Shown here: positions 53,420 through 64,000 of the stretch, piece after piece
How the letters are laid out: each line of letters opens with the position of its first letter
Numbering within the stretch: position 1 is the stretch's first letter
From: a virus
Taxonomy: Duplodnaviria > Heunggongvirae > Uroviricota > Caudoviricetes
Reading direction: 5' to 3' (one strand)
IMG/VR virus record: IMGVR_UViG_3300027819_000007
Coordinates: 19,787 to 83,786 of that record
Length of the DNA stretch: 64,000 nt
The notes under the pieces: model-generated
Seen by the model: the letters and a program-made list of their open reading frames with translations, nothing else
Database searches by the model: none
What the model was told of the DNA's origin: nothing
Position numbers and translations under genes: made by a program

Positions 53420-55599
53420 TAGTTAATCGCTCCACTATTAACCAAAACTCCATTCTGCTTAATGAGGGGATCTGTTCTATTATTTCCACTGAGCCACCGA
53501 TTGCTGAATTGTAGCCAGGGAACCCCACTTCTTAATGTAGCAAAAATATCCCAGACTGATCCACTGTTGATCCCTCCTGCGGTTCCGGAAGTAGTGGAAG
53601 GAAGCATGAAAATGGTTGGGGTGCCACTTGCTAATGGTCCACCACTAGTGTTGTTGGCACTTACGGTGATATTGGTAGCTCCATCAATAGTAGAAACAAG
53701 AGTTCCACTAGCGAAGTAACCACTCATTACTACAACCATTCCAGGGACAAGTTGGAAGGTGTCGGTAAGTCCGCTGATCTTGGCGTTGAAGTTTCCTGCT
53801 CCACTCGGAGGGAAGAGCGGAACTTGTCGGTTGTCATAAAGAAGAATTCTGGAGTTCGGTCCACTGGTGAATTCGTAGGGAACCCAATTGGTTCCATTGT
53901 AAAGACCAATACGTTGTCCTCTTCCATCCCCTAATGCGTATACTGCTCCTGCAATGAATTGAATAGATGCTCCTGATGTAGACTCCGTAGCTGCTTTGTT
54001 GAGTTCTATGCTTGTATGTCCGCTAGTACTGACAATAAAATACCCACCCCCTGATGAAATACCACTTCCCACAACGATCATTCCTACAGTGATCCCACTA
54101 AAGGCAACAATTCCACTGGTCATGAACAAAATAGTTGAACCTGATGTGGTTCTTCCACTGCTGTTGGATTGGGAAACAATGTCTCCTGAGATGGGAACAC
54201 TCATTTCACTGTTGAGGGAGAGTCGTATATCACAAACACCCTCTGCCCAACTACCACTGATTGTTCCTGCTCCCCCACCACCTCCACTGGTGTTCGCTAC
54301 GGTGATTCCCGAAGCATAGATCGTAACACTGATTCCATCTCCAGCGAAAATAGTCCCACTTTGCATGTGGAGAGAGAATAAAGAACCACTTTGAATAGTT
54401 CCACTCTGTACACTTGCATTAGCAAGATGTCCGAAACCTACCTGACCACTTGCAATCCGACCACTTACTATAGCTCCGCTTCCTAGTTCAAATCCAGCAA
54501 ACTGACCTGAAGCAACATGAAATCTTCCGATAACTCCACTACCAAGGAGGCCACTAAGGATAGAACCACTTCCAATATCGTTGGTGGAAATGGTCCCACT
54601 AGCGATATTGAAAAATCCTCCACCTGCTTGTCCTACTACTGCTCCACTTCCTATATGACCACTTAGTACCGCAGGGGAGAATAAATGAAAGGGACTAATT
54701 ACTCCACTACTGATGTTACCACTGTTAATTGCAGTAGCAGCAACATTCCCACTCCTTACTGCTCCGCTCGCAAAGTGAACCCAGGAGAGTTGTCCGCTGC
54801 TGATATTCCCACTATTGACGGAGTTATCTCCTAGATGACCACTGAGAGAGGTTCCACTAGAAAGGAAAAATCCAAAAATACTTCCACTACTGTAAGAACC
54901 ACTCACTATTGCAGTATTTCCTATATGACCACTTCTTACCGCTCCGCTAGCAAGGTGGGGCCAGCCTACCTGTCCACTTCCAATATTTCCACTATAGACT
55001 GTAGAAGTAGATCCTCCTCCTGTAATAGCAGGAGCAAAATAATTGGTTCCATCACTGAATATGATTGCCCCTTGATTGGTAAGTAAAGTAAGGGTTGCTG
55101 CTCCATTAATAGTAGATGTAGTAGGAGTGACAGTGACGGTTCCTGCTCCTAGATTCAAAGCAGTGAACCAAAAATGTGGTCCAAAATTACTTACATCTCC
55201 TGTAGTAGCTTGAGGAAGAGTGACTGCAATTGCACTTCCATTGGAGAAAGTGACTAATGCTCTTGCGTCCGTGGTTCCTATGGAGTAAGAAGTTCCTGTC
55301 TGAGCATTAACGCTTCCTGTAGTGTTAAGAACTCCTTGAGGGGTGATAACGTGCATGGCAGCAGCCCAATCATTATGGGCTGCTATGGTACTACCCTCCA
55401 TTCCTTCTGTGACGATATTGTAAGTTGGCCCTGTCCCACCTTGAAGTAGTAGAATTTCACTATCAATTTGTACTCTAAATAATCCACTTGTGTTGGTAGG
55501 CCATCCTGGAGAGGAACGAATGCAAAGTACTGTCGCTCCAGAGACAATAGCTCCTGAGAGAAAAGCTGAATTTGCCAGTTTTAGTTGTTCTGAATTCAT
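53419..55599 (-). CDS. Tail fiber-like protein with Ser-Gly repeats
   Basis: Many (V/I)xSGx(I/L) repeats in the central region. Confidence 0.65.
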   Translation of the reverse strand: MNSEQLKLANSAFLSGAIVSGATVLCIRSSPGWPTNTSGLFRVQIDSEILLLQGGTGPTYNIVTEGMEGSTIAAHNDWAAAMHVITPQGVLNTTGSVNAQTGTSYSIGTTDARALVTFSNGSAIAVTLPQATTGDVSNFGPHFWFTALNLGAGTVTVTPTTSTINGAATLTLLTNQGAIIFSDGTNYFAPAITGGGSTSTVYSGNIGSGQVGWPHLASGAVRSGHIGNTAIVSGSYSSGSIFGFFLSSGTSLSGHLGDNSVNSGNISSGQLSWVHFASGAVRSGNVAATAINSGNISSGVISPFHLFSPAVLSGHIGSGAVVGQAGGGFFNIASGTISTNDIGSGSILSGLLGSGVIGRFHVASGQFAGFELGSGAIVSGRIASGQVGFGHLANASVQSGTIQSGSLFSLHMQSGTIFAGDGISVTIYASGITVANTSGGGGGAGTISGSWAEGVCDIRLSLNSEMSVPISGDIVSQSNSSGRTTSGSTILFMTSGIVAFSGITVGMIVVGSGISSGGGYFIVSTSGHTSIELNKAATESTSGASIQFIAGAVYALGDGRGQRIGLYNGTNWVPYEFTSGPNSRILLYDNRQVPLFPPSGAGNFNAKISGLTDTFQLVPGMVVVMSGYFASGTLVSTIDGATNITVSANNTSGGPLASGTPTIFMLPSTTSGTAGGINSGSVWDIFATLRSGVPWLQFSNRWLSGNNRTDPLIKQNGVLVNSGAIN

Positions 55600-55602
55600 A
55601 AT

Positions 55603-58600
55603 TTATGTGAGTGTTGGGATAGTATACCATTGAGTTGAAGTTACTCTGTATAACAAAGCACCTGTACTCGCCCCTAAAGTCACAGCAGCATTAGCGGAAG
55701 AGGTATTGATTGCTGCTCCCGTGGGTGGATAAATTTTTAGTAGCTTACCAACACCAGCATTATTGAATATTAAAATTCTAGCCCCTACTGTATTAGGAAG
55801 AATGACACCTTCTGCTGAACCGTTGGTAATAGATGTTACTTCATTATTATCTGATGTAATAGCTGTTGCTGTTCCTTGTGTGCTACCAGCAGCAGCAATG
55901 GCGGCTGCCTCACTCCAGGATTGAGTGGTAGCAGAACCACCTTGATTGGCGATAGAAGATAAAGTAGTAGTGGTCCCCCCTGCATCTCTAACAGTTAATT
56001 CTCCCCCTGTTGAATAAAGTAGAACCCCTGCCGATGGGTTAGTAGAAGGAGCCGTTGTAGCATCAGGAACAAACAAAGCTCCTACTGCACCCCCATAACT
56101 TCCTGCTCCAAACAAACTGATATTAGCTCCACCTGTAGCTGCATCCAATCGTAATGCTTCCCGTGCTGTAGCATTATCATAAACTGATTTCGTAAATCTT
56201 GCGAGTTGACTTCCTTCTGTAGCAACACTCCATGTGAGGGTATCGGTCATGGCAGGACGGTTAGCTGTTGTAGATGATTCCAATTGATAAGCTATACTGG
56301 TTCCAAATCCTGCTCCCGGTGTCCCTGTACTATTATGACCAATAGTAAGTTCTGTAGTTGTTGTTGTGGTAGCAGCATCATTTACGATAATGCTTTCTGG
56401 AGTAGTTAAGGCAATAGTAGACCCATCATCTGTAATCGAACCGTTTCCAATTGTTGTGGCTGCTGTGTATTTTGGGATTATGTTAACAGTTCCAGTGCTG
56501 ATGGTGCCAGTGCTAGAATTTCCAGGACCGCCTCCTCCCGCAGTGGTTGTATAGGGAGGGGTGGGGGGTTTCTCAGCAGGATACCAAAATGGTGTAGTGG
56601 AGTCTCCTGTATATTTGAATTTAACTATCTCCCCTGGAGAAATAATAACAGGATTCCCATCTGGTGTTTTGAATCTATTAGTAGAAGAACTTCCGGTGTC
56701 TTGATTAAGCATAGAAATTGTTTTAGGAGCTTCTCCTGCTGCGGGAGCAGAAGCAGCATTTACAATTTCTACCTGTCTTCCTATGAGGGGGACTGTTCCG
56801 ATATGAACAGGAGGGATCATACCTGTTATCACTACGGGAGCAGTAGGAGTGATAACTAGAATACTTACTTGCGGGATGATGTAATTGTTATAAGTTCCTG
56901 TAAGACTTACATAAGCAACCGTGAGATCAAAATCATCTCTTACGGCATTAACCTGATAAATAGGTGCTATTTGTCCTGAAGCACTGTAAGCTGATAATTG
57001 CCCATCATAAAACCTCCCTGATTGGAGAATTCTTCCATTTCTTTCTGTCACCCAAACAAATTCTTTCCCAACCATTTGACTGCCACTATTGGCATTTGGG
57101 TCATAATCCATGACCCTACCTGACCAATGTTCGATTACTTTGGTAGGAAAAGAAAGTCCACTCATGGAAAGAACCTGAACGGTTCTTAAAGGACAATTTA
57201 CTATTCCTTCTGTAATCCCCCCACTAGTATAGATTCCAGGGTTAATGAAGTAACCTGGACCAAAAGTTCCTAGATTTACTCCATGTACCTTATCTACCAA
57301 ATCCCAATTTAATCCTGCTCCATTATTATGAGCTTGTTGGAGAGATCCATCTATTCCTCGTAGAGCAATGTCTACAACTTTATTGTCTACCCCACTAGTT
57401 CCTTCAAAAAGAATGATTTCTTGATCTGTTGCTCCACTACTAACAACCCCCTTCCAGCGATTATAAGTGGGAAGATATTCAATTTGGTTAAGAGTAGCTG
57501 TGGTTGCCCCACTTGTCATGGCAGCAGCGAGAGTATAGCTATTGGCAGCGGTTAGGATGCCACTATACTGATCTCTCCAGGTTTGTGGGACAGTATGACC
57601 ACCTACCCCAGCAGGAGATGAATCTACTCCACTTATCCCAACACTGTGCTGTACTTCTTGTAGTACCCAATTCCAGGCAGTTTTGACAACTCTGGTAGTG
57701 ACTTGTCTTTTATGAGAGGAAAAAGTCCAGATGATGTCATGCAGCCCTTCCGGAGTCCAGTTATAGAGTCCTGGGTAAGTTTCATCCAATGCTCTTGCTG
57801 CTAGATGGGACCAGTGATCTACACCAACCTGCATGGCTAGAGCAGTAAGACCACTTTGATTAAGGGGATTTCCTGTAGCTGCTGCTTCCGTAGCATAAAG
57901 TGCTTTAGACGTAGACTGTATGGTGTGTTCACCAACTCCAGTTACTCCACTGACGTAAGAACCACCACTTGCTATTCCGATAGCTATGGTGTGGACATCC
58001 CCATAACTTCCTTCAAACCATGAAGACGGATGAGGGGGAATGTTCCTGGGATTGACAAAGTGTGGAACAGGGTCATTTCCATTGACGTATTTTGGGAATG
58101 TGAGATTGAGGGTAGCAGGACATATGGCAGCTTTATTCTTGAACAAATCTCCTGTGGGGAGTTTTGTCCCACTGTAGAAGATATCTCCCCCAATGGTACG
58201 AACTACATCAACTACACTTCCTCGATTGGTATCAACAATGGCTTGAGATTCCGCTGCTGTCCTAAGAATGTAGTTACCATTCATTAACCGACAAACAGTT
58301 CTTCCCAAATTATTAGCAACTGCATCCAAAAGAACAGCTGCATTCTCCTGGGATGCCCATAGTTGGGAGTCAGGTTCCGGTACGCCATAGACCGAGGAAA
58401 TGGTACTGTAGGTAAGTGTAATTCCTAAATCAGTAGCAAGTTGGGTGAGTAAAGTTGCCCATGTAGTTCCTCTGGTAATATGAAGGGTAGTAGGAGTTCC
58501 CTGAAGTCGAAACCGATCATCTACCAAAGTGACAAGATGAAGTCCATCGAAGGTTCCCCCCATCTCTCCCAGAGATCGAGAAGGGAGCATGTACATATTT

Positions 58601-59064
58601 GTGGAGATGGTGTAATTGGAATCGGAAGAAGTTCTGCTCTCAGGAGAGATGGGGATTGATTTGATACTGAAAGTTTGAGCAGTATTGCCTGCTGTGACAG
58701 ACAGCATCTCCTTCAACATGGCTGAAGTAACCAAACCACGGAATATGCTCCATCTACTGCATGTAGTGGGATAAAACCAAGTATTGAGTTGGAAGGGAAA
58801 GGGAGTAATCTTGGGAGCCTTGATAGCTATGGCATCAAGGTTATGTCCCATGAAGTTGGAGGGGGATGAAATATCTCTGATGAATGAAGTAGGAGCAAGT
58901 CTTTCTATCTCATCCCAAAGGCTACTTTCTGGCTGATGCTTTTCTGGAGCCTGTCCCTGGTCCGTTTCTTGTTCATTGTGGGGTTGGTGAATACGAACTA
59001 CACGAGCAGCATCCGTGAGAAATGGCACTCCCGCAAACAGGATTTCATATGATAGTTCTGCCAT
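55603..59064 (-). CDS. Large tail/baseplate structural protein
   Basis: 1153 aa, T/G/S-rich C-terminal half. Confidence 0.6.
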   Translation of the reverse strand: MAELSYEILFAGVPFLTDAARVVRIHQPHNEQETDQGQAPEKHQPESSLWDEIERLAPTSFIRDISSPSNFMGHNLDAIAIKAPKITPFPFQLNTWFYPTTCSRWSIFRGLVTSAMLKEMLSVTAGNTAQTFSIKSIPISPESRTSSDSNYTISTNMYMLPSRSLGEMGGTFDGLHLVTLVDDRFRLQGTPTTLHITRGTTWATLLTQLATDLGITLTYSTISSVYGVPEPDSQLWASQENAAVLLDAVANNLGRTVCRLMNGNYILRTAAESQAIVDTNRGSVVDVVRTIGGDIFYSGTKLPTGDLFKNKAAICPATLNLTFPKYVNGNDPVPHFVNPRNIPPHPSSWFEGSYGDVHTIAIGIASGGSYVSGVTGVGEHTIQSTSKALYATEAAATGNPLNQSGLTALAMQVGVDHWSHLAARALDETYPGLYNWTPEGLHDIIWTFSSHKRQVTTRVVKTAWNWVLQEVQHSVGISGVDSSPAGVGGHTVPQTWRDQYSGILTAANSYTLAAAMTSGATTATLNQIEYLPTYNRWKGVVSSGATDQEIILFEGTSGVDNKVVDIALRGIDGSLQQAHNNGAGLNWDLVDKVHGVNLGTFGPGYFINPGIYTSGGITEGIVNCPLRTVQVLSMSGLSFPTKVIEHWSGRVMDYDPNANSGSQMVGKEFVWVTERNGRILQSGRFYDGQLSAYSASGQIAPIYQVNAVRDDFDLTVAYVSLTGTYNNYIIPQVSILVITPTAPVVITGMIPPVHIGTVPLIGRQVEIVNAASAPAAGEAPKTISMLNQDTGSSSTNRFKTPDGNPVIISPGEIVKFKYTGDSTTPFWYPAEKPPTPPYTTTAGGGGPGNSSTGTISTGTVNIIPKYTAATTIGNGSITDDGSTIALTTPESIIVNDAATTTTTTELTIGHNSTGTPGAGFGTSIAYQLESSTTANRPAMTDTLTWSVATEGSQLARFTKSVYDNATAREALRLDAATGGANISLFGAGSYGGAVGALFVPDATTAPSTNPSAGVLLYSTGGELTVRDAGGTTTTLSSIANQGGSATTQSWSEAAAIAAAGSTQGTATAITSDNNEVTSITNGSAEGVILPNTVGARILIFNNAGVGKLLKIYPPTGAAINTSSANAAVTLGASTGALLYRVTSTQWYTIPTLT

Positions 59065-59095
59065 AGGAACAACTCATTTGTGAAGCCACTACTAA

Positions 59096-60499
59096 TTAAG
59101 CAATCAGAGCCGAATCGGAAATGGTGGGGGTAGCCGATGAAGGAAGAAGAAATTCATTCCCTATCATATCCGAAGTGAACAACTGTGCCCACAAGGTTTG
59201 GAAAGTAGACAAGGTTCCTCCAGATCCTCTTGAGTTGGTAATAGCTACAGTTCCATAGTCACTGGCCAAAAAGGGAGTAGACCCTGAGTGGACTGTAAAG
59301 AAGGGAAAACTGGTTCCTAGTTGTGTCATCTTTCCCATACTCAATTTATCAAGATAAACGGTTCTCCCTGTAGTAAGTGCCGTTCCCGTAAGTCGTAGTC
59401 TCAGGTATTGTGCTGCGGGTAAGATAGCAGGTGTTCGGAATACTCCAGTGTAGGAAGCATAAGTAGTAGTTAAGGCAGTCAGGTCTATGTTGAAAGTGTT
59501 GGCTACTGCATTGGCATCATTAATCACCGTATTGGTTCCATCAATCAAATCAATGGTCAGAGTTCCGTTGGCAGGAGCAACTCCATCCCTTCTCATGAAA
59601 AGGTTGATGCTGTACTGTGTTTGAGGAGTAAGAGTTCCAAGAGTTCCTGTGCTAACATCAAACCGTTGGGTGATATTGGTCAGAGTGGCTCCATCCCCAA
59701 TGATACGAAGAGCAGCTGCTCCATCGTAGATGAGGGAGTTTTCGCTAGCTATAGTTGTTCCGGCAGTTCCAGTGATCAGGGACCAGTTATCGGGGATATT
59801 CGCTGTGAAGGCATTGAACCCAGAATTTGTAAGGAGGTTCCCATTGGTGTTGTTACTATTACCATCAATAGCACTCAACGTAGTAGTAGCATTACTTCCT
59901 AATGGCCAGTTGAAGGCAAAGAAATCATTTTGGGCACCTGTTCCCGTTAGGGTAAAAGGTTCATTTCCCGCAGTAGCATTTCCCCCATAGGAATCATCGG
60001 TACAAGTAAACTTCACTGTTTCGGCAAACGAATTCTCCAAGACCAATCCATCAAAGGGACGACGGACACTGGCATTAATTACTCCATTCCCTGTCCCGGT
60101 AAAGGAAGAAGGAGTAGCCCCTATGGTCATGGCTAGAACTGTAGCTCCCTGAAGTTTCATCTGACGGATGACTTCATTAATCGAGGCAGTAGTATTCAGA
60201 GAAGTAAGAGTTTGTCCAATCTGGGGATTGTCCCGAAAGACCATTCGATTGATCGTCTGTACGGCTACGGATTTAGCTAATGATCCTGCCGTGCTTACGT
60301 TGTTGAGAATTCCAATGTAGGCACTTCCAATAAGAGCCTGGAGGTCGGATTCCCCATCATATTGAGCTACAGCCCCATTGGTGGTATCAATAAGGTTGGG
60401 TTGTTGGGACGTTTGATAAGACTTGGCCTGCTTGATGATAAGACCAAGTTTTCCTAGTCTGTTGAACAAGTTTCCAGGAGCACTACCGAAGGACAGCAT
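59096..60499 (-). CDS. Structural protein with a carbohydrate-binding-like domain
   Basis: NLLTNSGF...PDNW and YSINLFM patterns, CBM4/9-like. Confidence 0.5.
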   Translation of the reverse strand: MLSFGSAPGNLFNRLGKLGLIIKQAKSYQTSQQPNLIDTTNGAVAQYDGESDLQALIGSAYIGILNNVSTAGSLAKSVAVQTINRMVFRDNPQIGQTLTSLNTTASINEVIRQMKLQGATVLAMTIGATPSSFTGTGNGVINASVRRPFDGLVLENSFAETVKFTCTDDSYGGNATAGNEPFTLTGTGAQNDFFAFNWPLGSNATTTLSAIDGNSNNTNGNLLTNSGFNAFTANIPDNWSLITGTAGTTIASENSLIYDGAAALRIIGDGATLTNITQRFDVSTGTLGTLTPQTQYSINLFMRRDGVAPANGTLTIDLIDGTNTVINDANAVANTFNIDLTALTTTYASYTGVFRTPAILPAAQYLRLRLTGTALTTGRTVYLDKLSMGKMTQLGTSFPFFTVHSGSTPFLASDYGTVAITNSRGSGGTLSTFQTLWAQLFTSDMIGNEFLLPSSATPTISDSALIA

Positions 60500-60517
60500 G
60501 GTTCCGACCTCCTTTCT

Positions 60518-61099
60518 TTATCCTAAAATTTTCTTGATATTCAAATTCAAAGTAGGAGTATTGGAACTTGCCGGGACACTTCCAGTTGAGCCAGGAGAGG
60601 AGATTCCTCCTTCCAAAGAAGCCAACGAGATGGTCCTCAAGAAAGCATCTTGGAAGTGTGGGGGTTTGGGGTAACTTACATTCAACACGGGTTTGGAATT
60701 TGGAGTTTTGTGTCCATAGACGTAAGTTCCGTTCATACGATAGAGGGGAGACTCCCCATTGGGAGCAATTCCAATAATGAAAGTTTCATAATGGTCATCA
60801 AGCAAAACCCATCCCCCATCCACTTTTTCTGGATCTGGGATAGGAGGGGTCTTCCCAAACCAACTGGCAGTCCAATCAATAATCCACAGGAGAGTAGGAG
60901 CCGCTAGTCTAACAAAGGCCACATTGTTTCCCTGAAATCCATTGGGGGAGGTAATCCCCATCATGTAAGTATGACGATCACTTTCATAACGACTTATTGC
61001 TTTGTAGTCATTAAGTCCTACCGATTCTGATGCCTTGAATTTGGCATCTTGGGAATCGATCTCTACTTGTCCGATTATAACTTGGGTTGGAGTAGTCAT
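60518..61099 (-). CDS. Hypothetical tail protein
   Basis: ORF in the tail module. Confidence 0.5.
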   Translation of the reverse strand: MTTPTQVIIGQVEIDSQDAKFKASESVGLNDYKAISRYESDRHTYMMGITSPNGFQGNNVAFVRLAAPTLLWIIDWTASWFGKTPPIPDPEKVDGGWVLLDDHYETFIIGIAPNGESPLYRMNGTYVYGHKTPNSKPVLNVSYPKPPHFQDAFLRTISLASLEGGISSPGSTGSVPASSNTPTLNLNIKKILG

Positions 61100-61101
61100 T
61101 G

Positions 61102-62397
61102 TTATTGAGTCCCGTTACTGACTCCCCCCTTTCCGACTTCGAGGTTGGTTCCTTGTCTGATCTGGAACTTCTCTTGGTTGGTGGTGGTAAACGCATTCTC
61201 AGGACTAATTTCATTCCCCACTCCCAGACCCGCATTTTTGATACTAGGATCATTGTAAACGGCTGCTTGGAGCAGGATACTGGCAGTTCCTCGGTCCAGG
61301 TAGGGAGGAACATAGTCTGGATCATCCTCACTTCCAGGAACATCCGTGGTGTATCCTGCAAAGGCGTTAATAGGAATACCTCCTGCGTTGAGTTGAGGGT
61401 TACTTGGAAATAGCAAAACTTTCATGTTGAAGGAAACATTGTTCTCGTAAAGGTTTACATCCAGTTCGGCATTCTGAATAACCAAACCACCTGCTAGTAC
61501 AGTAGGATTAACGTCAATGGCTCGGTTAACTAATTTCTGGGTAACGATCCTTACTGCTTGTTCAATGAGGTGATTTTGTGGAGTGGCCTTATCTCCATGA
61601 AGTGTGACGCTACAAACCGCATACCGTTTTCCTAAAGCAGTAGTGGCTGATTCTTTGTAAGACCCCTTCGCCTCAAAACTAGGCGAAGGGGGATGACGAA
61701 AAACCTCTTTATCGATGATGGTATATTGTAAACTCAATCCATCAGGATTCAAAACATATTGAGAACTCTCTCGGTTGAATCCCTGAGGAACACTTAATAC
61801 TGCCATCTGGGTTCTTAGTTGGTCAGCGATCTTTCCCTCTGCATTATCACTCCGAATAGCAAAGACGCCACTTCTTGTCTTGGTGGAGAAGTTGTGTTTA
61901 TCAATGACTACGGTTTCAGACCAACGGTTGTAGAGCACTGGACTTCCTGGTTGATTGGTAACGAAAGGACTACTTCCTGTGGCTACGTTATTTTCCCAAT
62001 AGTGAGCGATGATATGATAGGTACACAAAAAGGTTGTGTTGGTCATCATGGTGTAGGAAAAACTTTGGGGAATTGGACCATTCTTTGCATCGACCGTTCC
62101 TACTCCTGCTGTATCAGGAGGGATTAGTTCCACCCCATTGAATTTGAAGGAAAGGGTCTTCCGATGTTTCATTAAGGAAGCACGAATGGACCTTACGATA
62201 TCCGTAGGGTTGCTAGTCTTCCCTACCAAAGTAGGAGCCACGACACTCAGATAATTGGTGTTAAGAACAAAGTTGAGTTTAATGTCAAACTTGGTAAGGA
62301 TCCAGTCCGTGTCACTACTTTCTCGAACCGTGGTTTGGTCAAAAGTTTGCACCGTGACATAAGGGAGCGTAACAGAATTGTAAGAGAAGACACTCAT
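61102..62397 (-). CDS. Putative tail (distal/hub-like) protein
   Basis: Follows the tape-measure-like gene; call from synteny only. Confidence 0.4.
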   Translation of the reverse strand: MSVFSYNSVTLPYVTVQTFDQTTVRESSDTDWILTKFDIKLNFVLNTNYLSVVAPTLVGKTSNPTDIVRSIRASLMKHRKTLSFKFNGVELIPPDTAGVGTVDAKNGPIPQSFSYTMMTNTTFLCTYHIIAHYWENNVATGSSPFVTNQPGSPVLYNRWSETVVIDKHNFSTKTRSGVFAIRSDNAEGKIADQLRTQMAVLSVPQGFNRESSQYVLNPDGLSLQYTIIDKEVFRHPPSPSFEAKGSYKESATTALGKRYAVCSVTLHGDKATPQNHLIEQAVRIVTQKLVNRAIDVNPTVLAGGLVIQNAELDVNLYENNVSFNMKVLLFPSNPQLNAGGIPINAFAGYTTDVPGSEDDPDYVPPYLDRGTASILLQAAVYNDPSIKNAGLGVGNEISPENAFTTTNQEKFQIRQGTNLEVGKGGVSNGTQ

Positions 62398-62412
62398 TTA
62401 TCCACCCATCTT

Positions 62413-63399
62413 TCACTTGAACCTTCTGGGTGCTCCATAATCTTCCCATCCCTGACCTGTCATTTGTTTCAGGTCTTCAAATCCACCTGTATCTCCACTA
62501 CCATCTCCCTTTAGCCAATCTGCAATTCCTGGCACTACCGAAACGACCTTTTTGATGTCTTCCAAAACAAGAGCAATAGCGGTAAGAGAAAACCCTCCAA
62601 GTTTGTTCATGAAGTTGGCAAACAAATCCTCAAATGGAGCAGCACCCCGATCAAGTCTATTTTTGGCCTGGGCAAGATACTCTGCACTCCCCGCTCGACG
62701 ATCTCCTCGTTCTTGAGAGAGCCAAATGTCTCGTACTTCTTGTCGAGCTTGGACTCCTGCCATCCCGGCACTGTACTCTGCAAATTGCATGTTGGCTTTG
62801 TGTAGTCCATCTCCCCAATCTCGAATCCATCCAACGGTCTGTCCTATGACATTGATCAGTTTTCCATAATATTCTACTAATGGCATACCTGTCACTTTTC
62901 CCAGGTTCTCAGCGAATCCTCCAAGATGTTTACTAATATCCTCAAACTTCTGACTTTGGAGAAGAGCAGTACCTTCGGTTCCCATTCCCTGAAGACCTTG
63001 TATCTTGTCCGTGATAGCAATTTGAATTCCTTCGGCTATTGCAGTAGGATCTCCCATCGCGGCTCTTCCAGCCACTCCTATTTTCTGCATCAATCCTGTG
63101 CCTTGAGATGCAGTATTGAACATTTGGAAGTTTGGGTTGCTTTGAAGCTTTGCCATTTGTAAGTCATGGCTTTGTTGTTGCTCCATCAAATCAAGTTGTT
63201 GTGTTGGTTTCCGAGAAAAGTATTGTGCAGAGGGAGATAAAAATTTAGCGAATGGGGTATTTCCATATTGTTGAGCATCGTGCATTGCCTGGAGAGATTC
63301 GCTAGCTCTCATAGCAGACAATTGTGACTTTATGAGGGAATCATGTCCTCCCCCTGCTAGTTGGGCAGAAAGTTTGCCTAAAACATCTGCAAGTCCCAT
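62413..63399 (-). CDS. Short tape-measure-like protein
   Basis: Helical and A/G/Q-rich; directly after the frameshifting chaperone gene. Confidence 0.45.
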   Translation of the reverse strand: MGLADVLGKLSAQLAGGGHDSLIKSQLSAMRASESLQAMHDAQQYGNTPFAKFLSPSAQYFSRKPTQQLDLMEQQQSHDLQMAKLQSNPNFQMFNTASQGTGLMQKIGVAGRAAMGDPTAIAEGIQIAITDKIQGLQGMGTEGTALLQSQKFEDISKHLGGFAENLGKVTGMPLVEYYGKLINVIGQTVGWIRDWGDGLHKANMQFAEYSAGMAGVQARQEVRDIWLSQERGDRRAGSAEYLAQAKNRLDRGAAPFEDLFANFMNKLGGFSLTAIALVLEDIKKVVSVVPGIADWLKGDGSGDTGGFEDLKQMTGQGWEDYGAPRRFK

Positions 63400-63872
63400 T
63401 TAATCACGCTTCCTTCCCAACTCGTAACCCGCCTTTGCACACATCGCTTCCCCTTTACCATCGGTGATGGATTCCCAATACTCTTCTGGAGGAGTTACTA
63501 TTCCTAATCCTATTCCTACTCCGTAGGCAACAGCTTCTGCTCTTCGGTACATTGACCGTTTTCGGTTGAGCCAGAAGGAGAAGTATTCTCCATAGCTTGG
63601 CTTCCGTCTGAGGAGGGTGGCGTAGGCGGTGAAGTTTCCGTCTGCGAGGTCGGAGGCTGATTCCCCCCTTTTTTTTTATACTCACAGAAAATCAAAAAAT
63701 GCTCTAACAGAGCAATGGTTTCCACTTCGGTCAATCCCCCTTCGTCAAAGGATTTGAGAGTGAAAATCTTTCTGATTTTCCCTATTGCTTTATCATGGGC
63801 GATGGGAGCATCTTTGAGTTGGGAATTTGATACTTGCAAATCAACCTTCAGTTCTGGACCGACTTCCATCAT
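63400..63872 (-). CDS. Tail assembly chaperone with probable -1 frameshift extension (0-frame stop at 63516, -1-frame stop at 63400)
   Basis: A9-G6 run at 63663-63677; the -1 frame is open to a TAA that abuts the next ATG. Confidence 0.65.
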
Positions 63873-64000
63873 CTTCTTGTAGAGAGGAAGGGGGTCTGCA
63901 TCAATGACTTTTTCTCCATTCCAATAGTGAAATATGGTTCTTTCTTTAGGATGGTATATATCAAATGGTTCAGTTGATGATTGTACAAACCAGGACTTGA

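Overview
The window is a 64-kb segment of a large tailed dsDNA phage genome, with nearly all genes on the minus strand. The host is plausibly a Planctomycetota member (inference from many TIGR02996-like 'xxDWLEExG' proteins). Layout: recombination/repair genes (SbcC-like fragment, Holliday junction resolvase, RecA/UvsX, gp32-like SSB) at 1-11 kb; replication and nucleotide metabolism (DnaX-like loader, split PolA, Dcd, class II RNR, ThyA, PurE, beta-clamp) at 11-21 kb; a TET/JBP-glycosyltransferase-epimerase-ParB DNA-modification cluster at 22-28 kb; helicase, initiator, primase and an intein-containing SNF2 at 29-38 kb; early genes at 38-48 kb; a TnpB element at 49.8-51.5 kb; tail genes at 51.5-64 kb. 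Top signal: seven separate intergenic arrays in the first 6.1 kb. Each has 36-nt periodicity, with two alternating ~10-nt repeats separated by 8-nt variable spacers (about 81 half-units counted by eye). They surround a 412-aa Nop/IS110-C-terminal-like protein with no recognisable nuclease. This looks like a TIGR-Tas-like RNA-guided system, unusually dispersed through a recombination operon, with gene stop and start codons embedded in the repeats. Second signal: a complete DUF559/Vsr-like endonuclease ORF nested out of frame, with its own RBS, inside the SNF2 intein. All calls come from motif reading by eye; no database searches were run.
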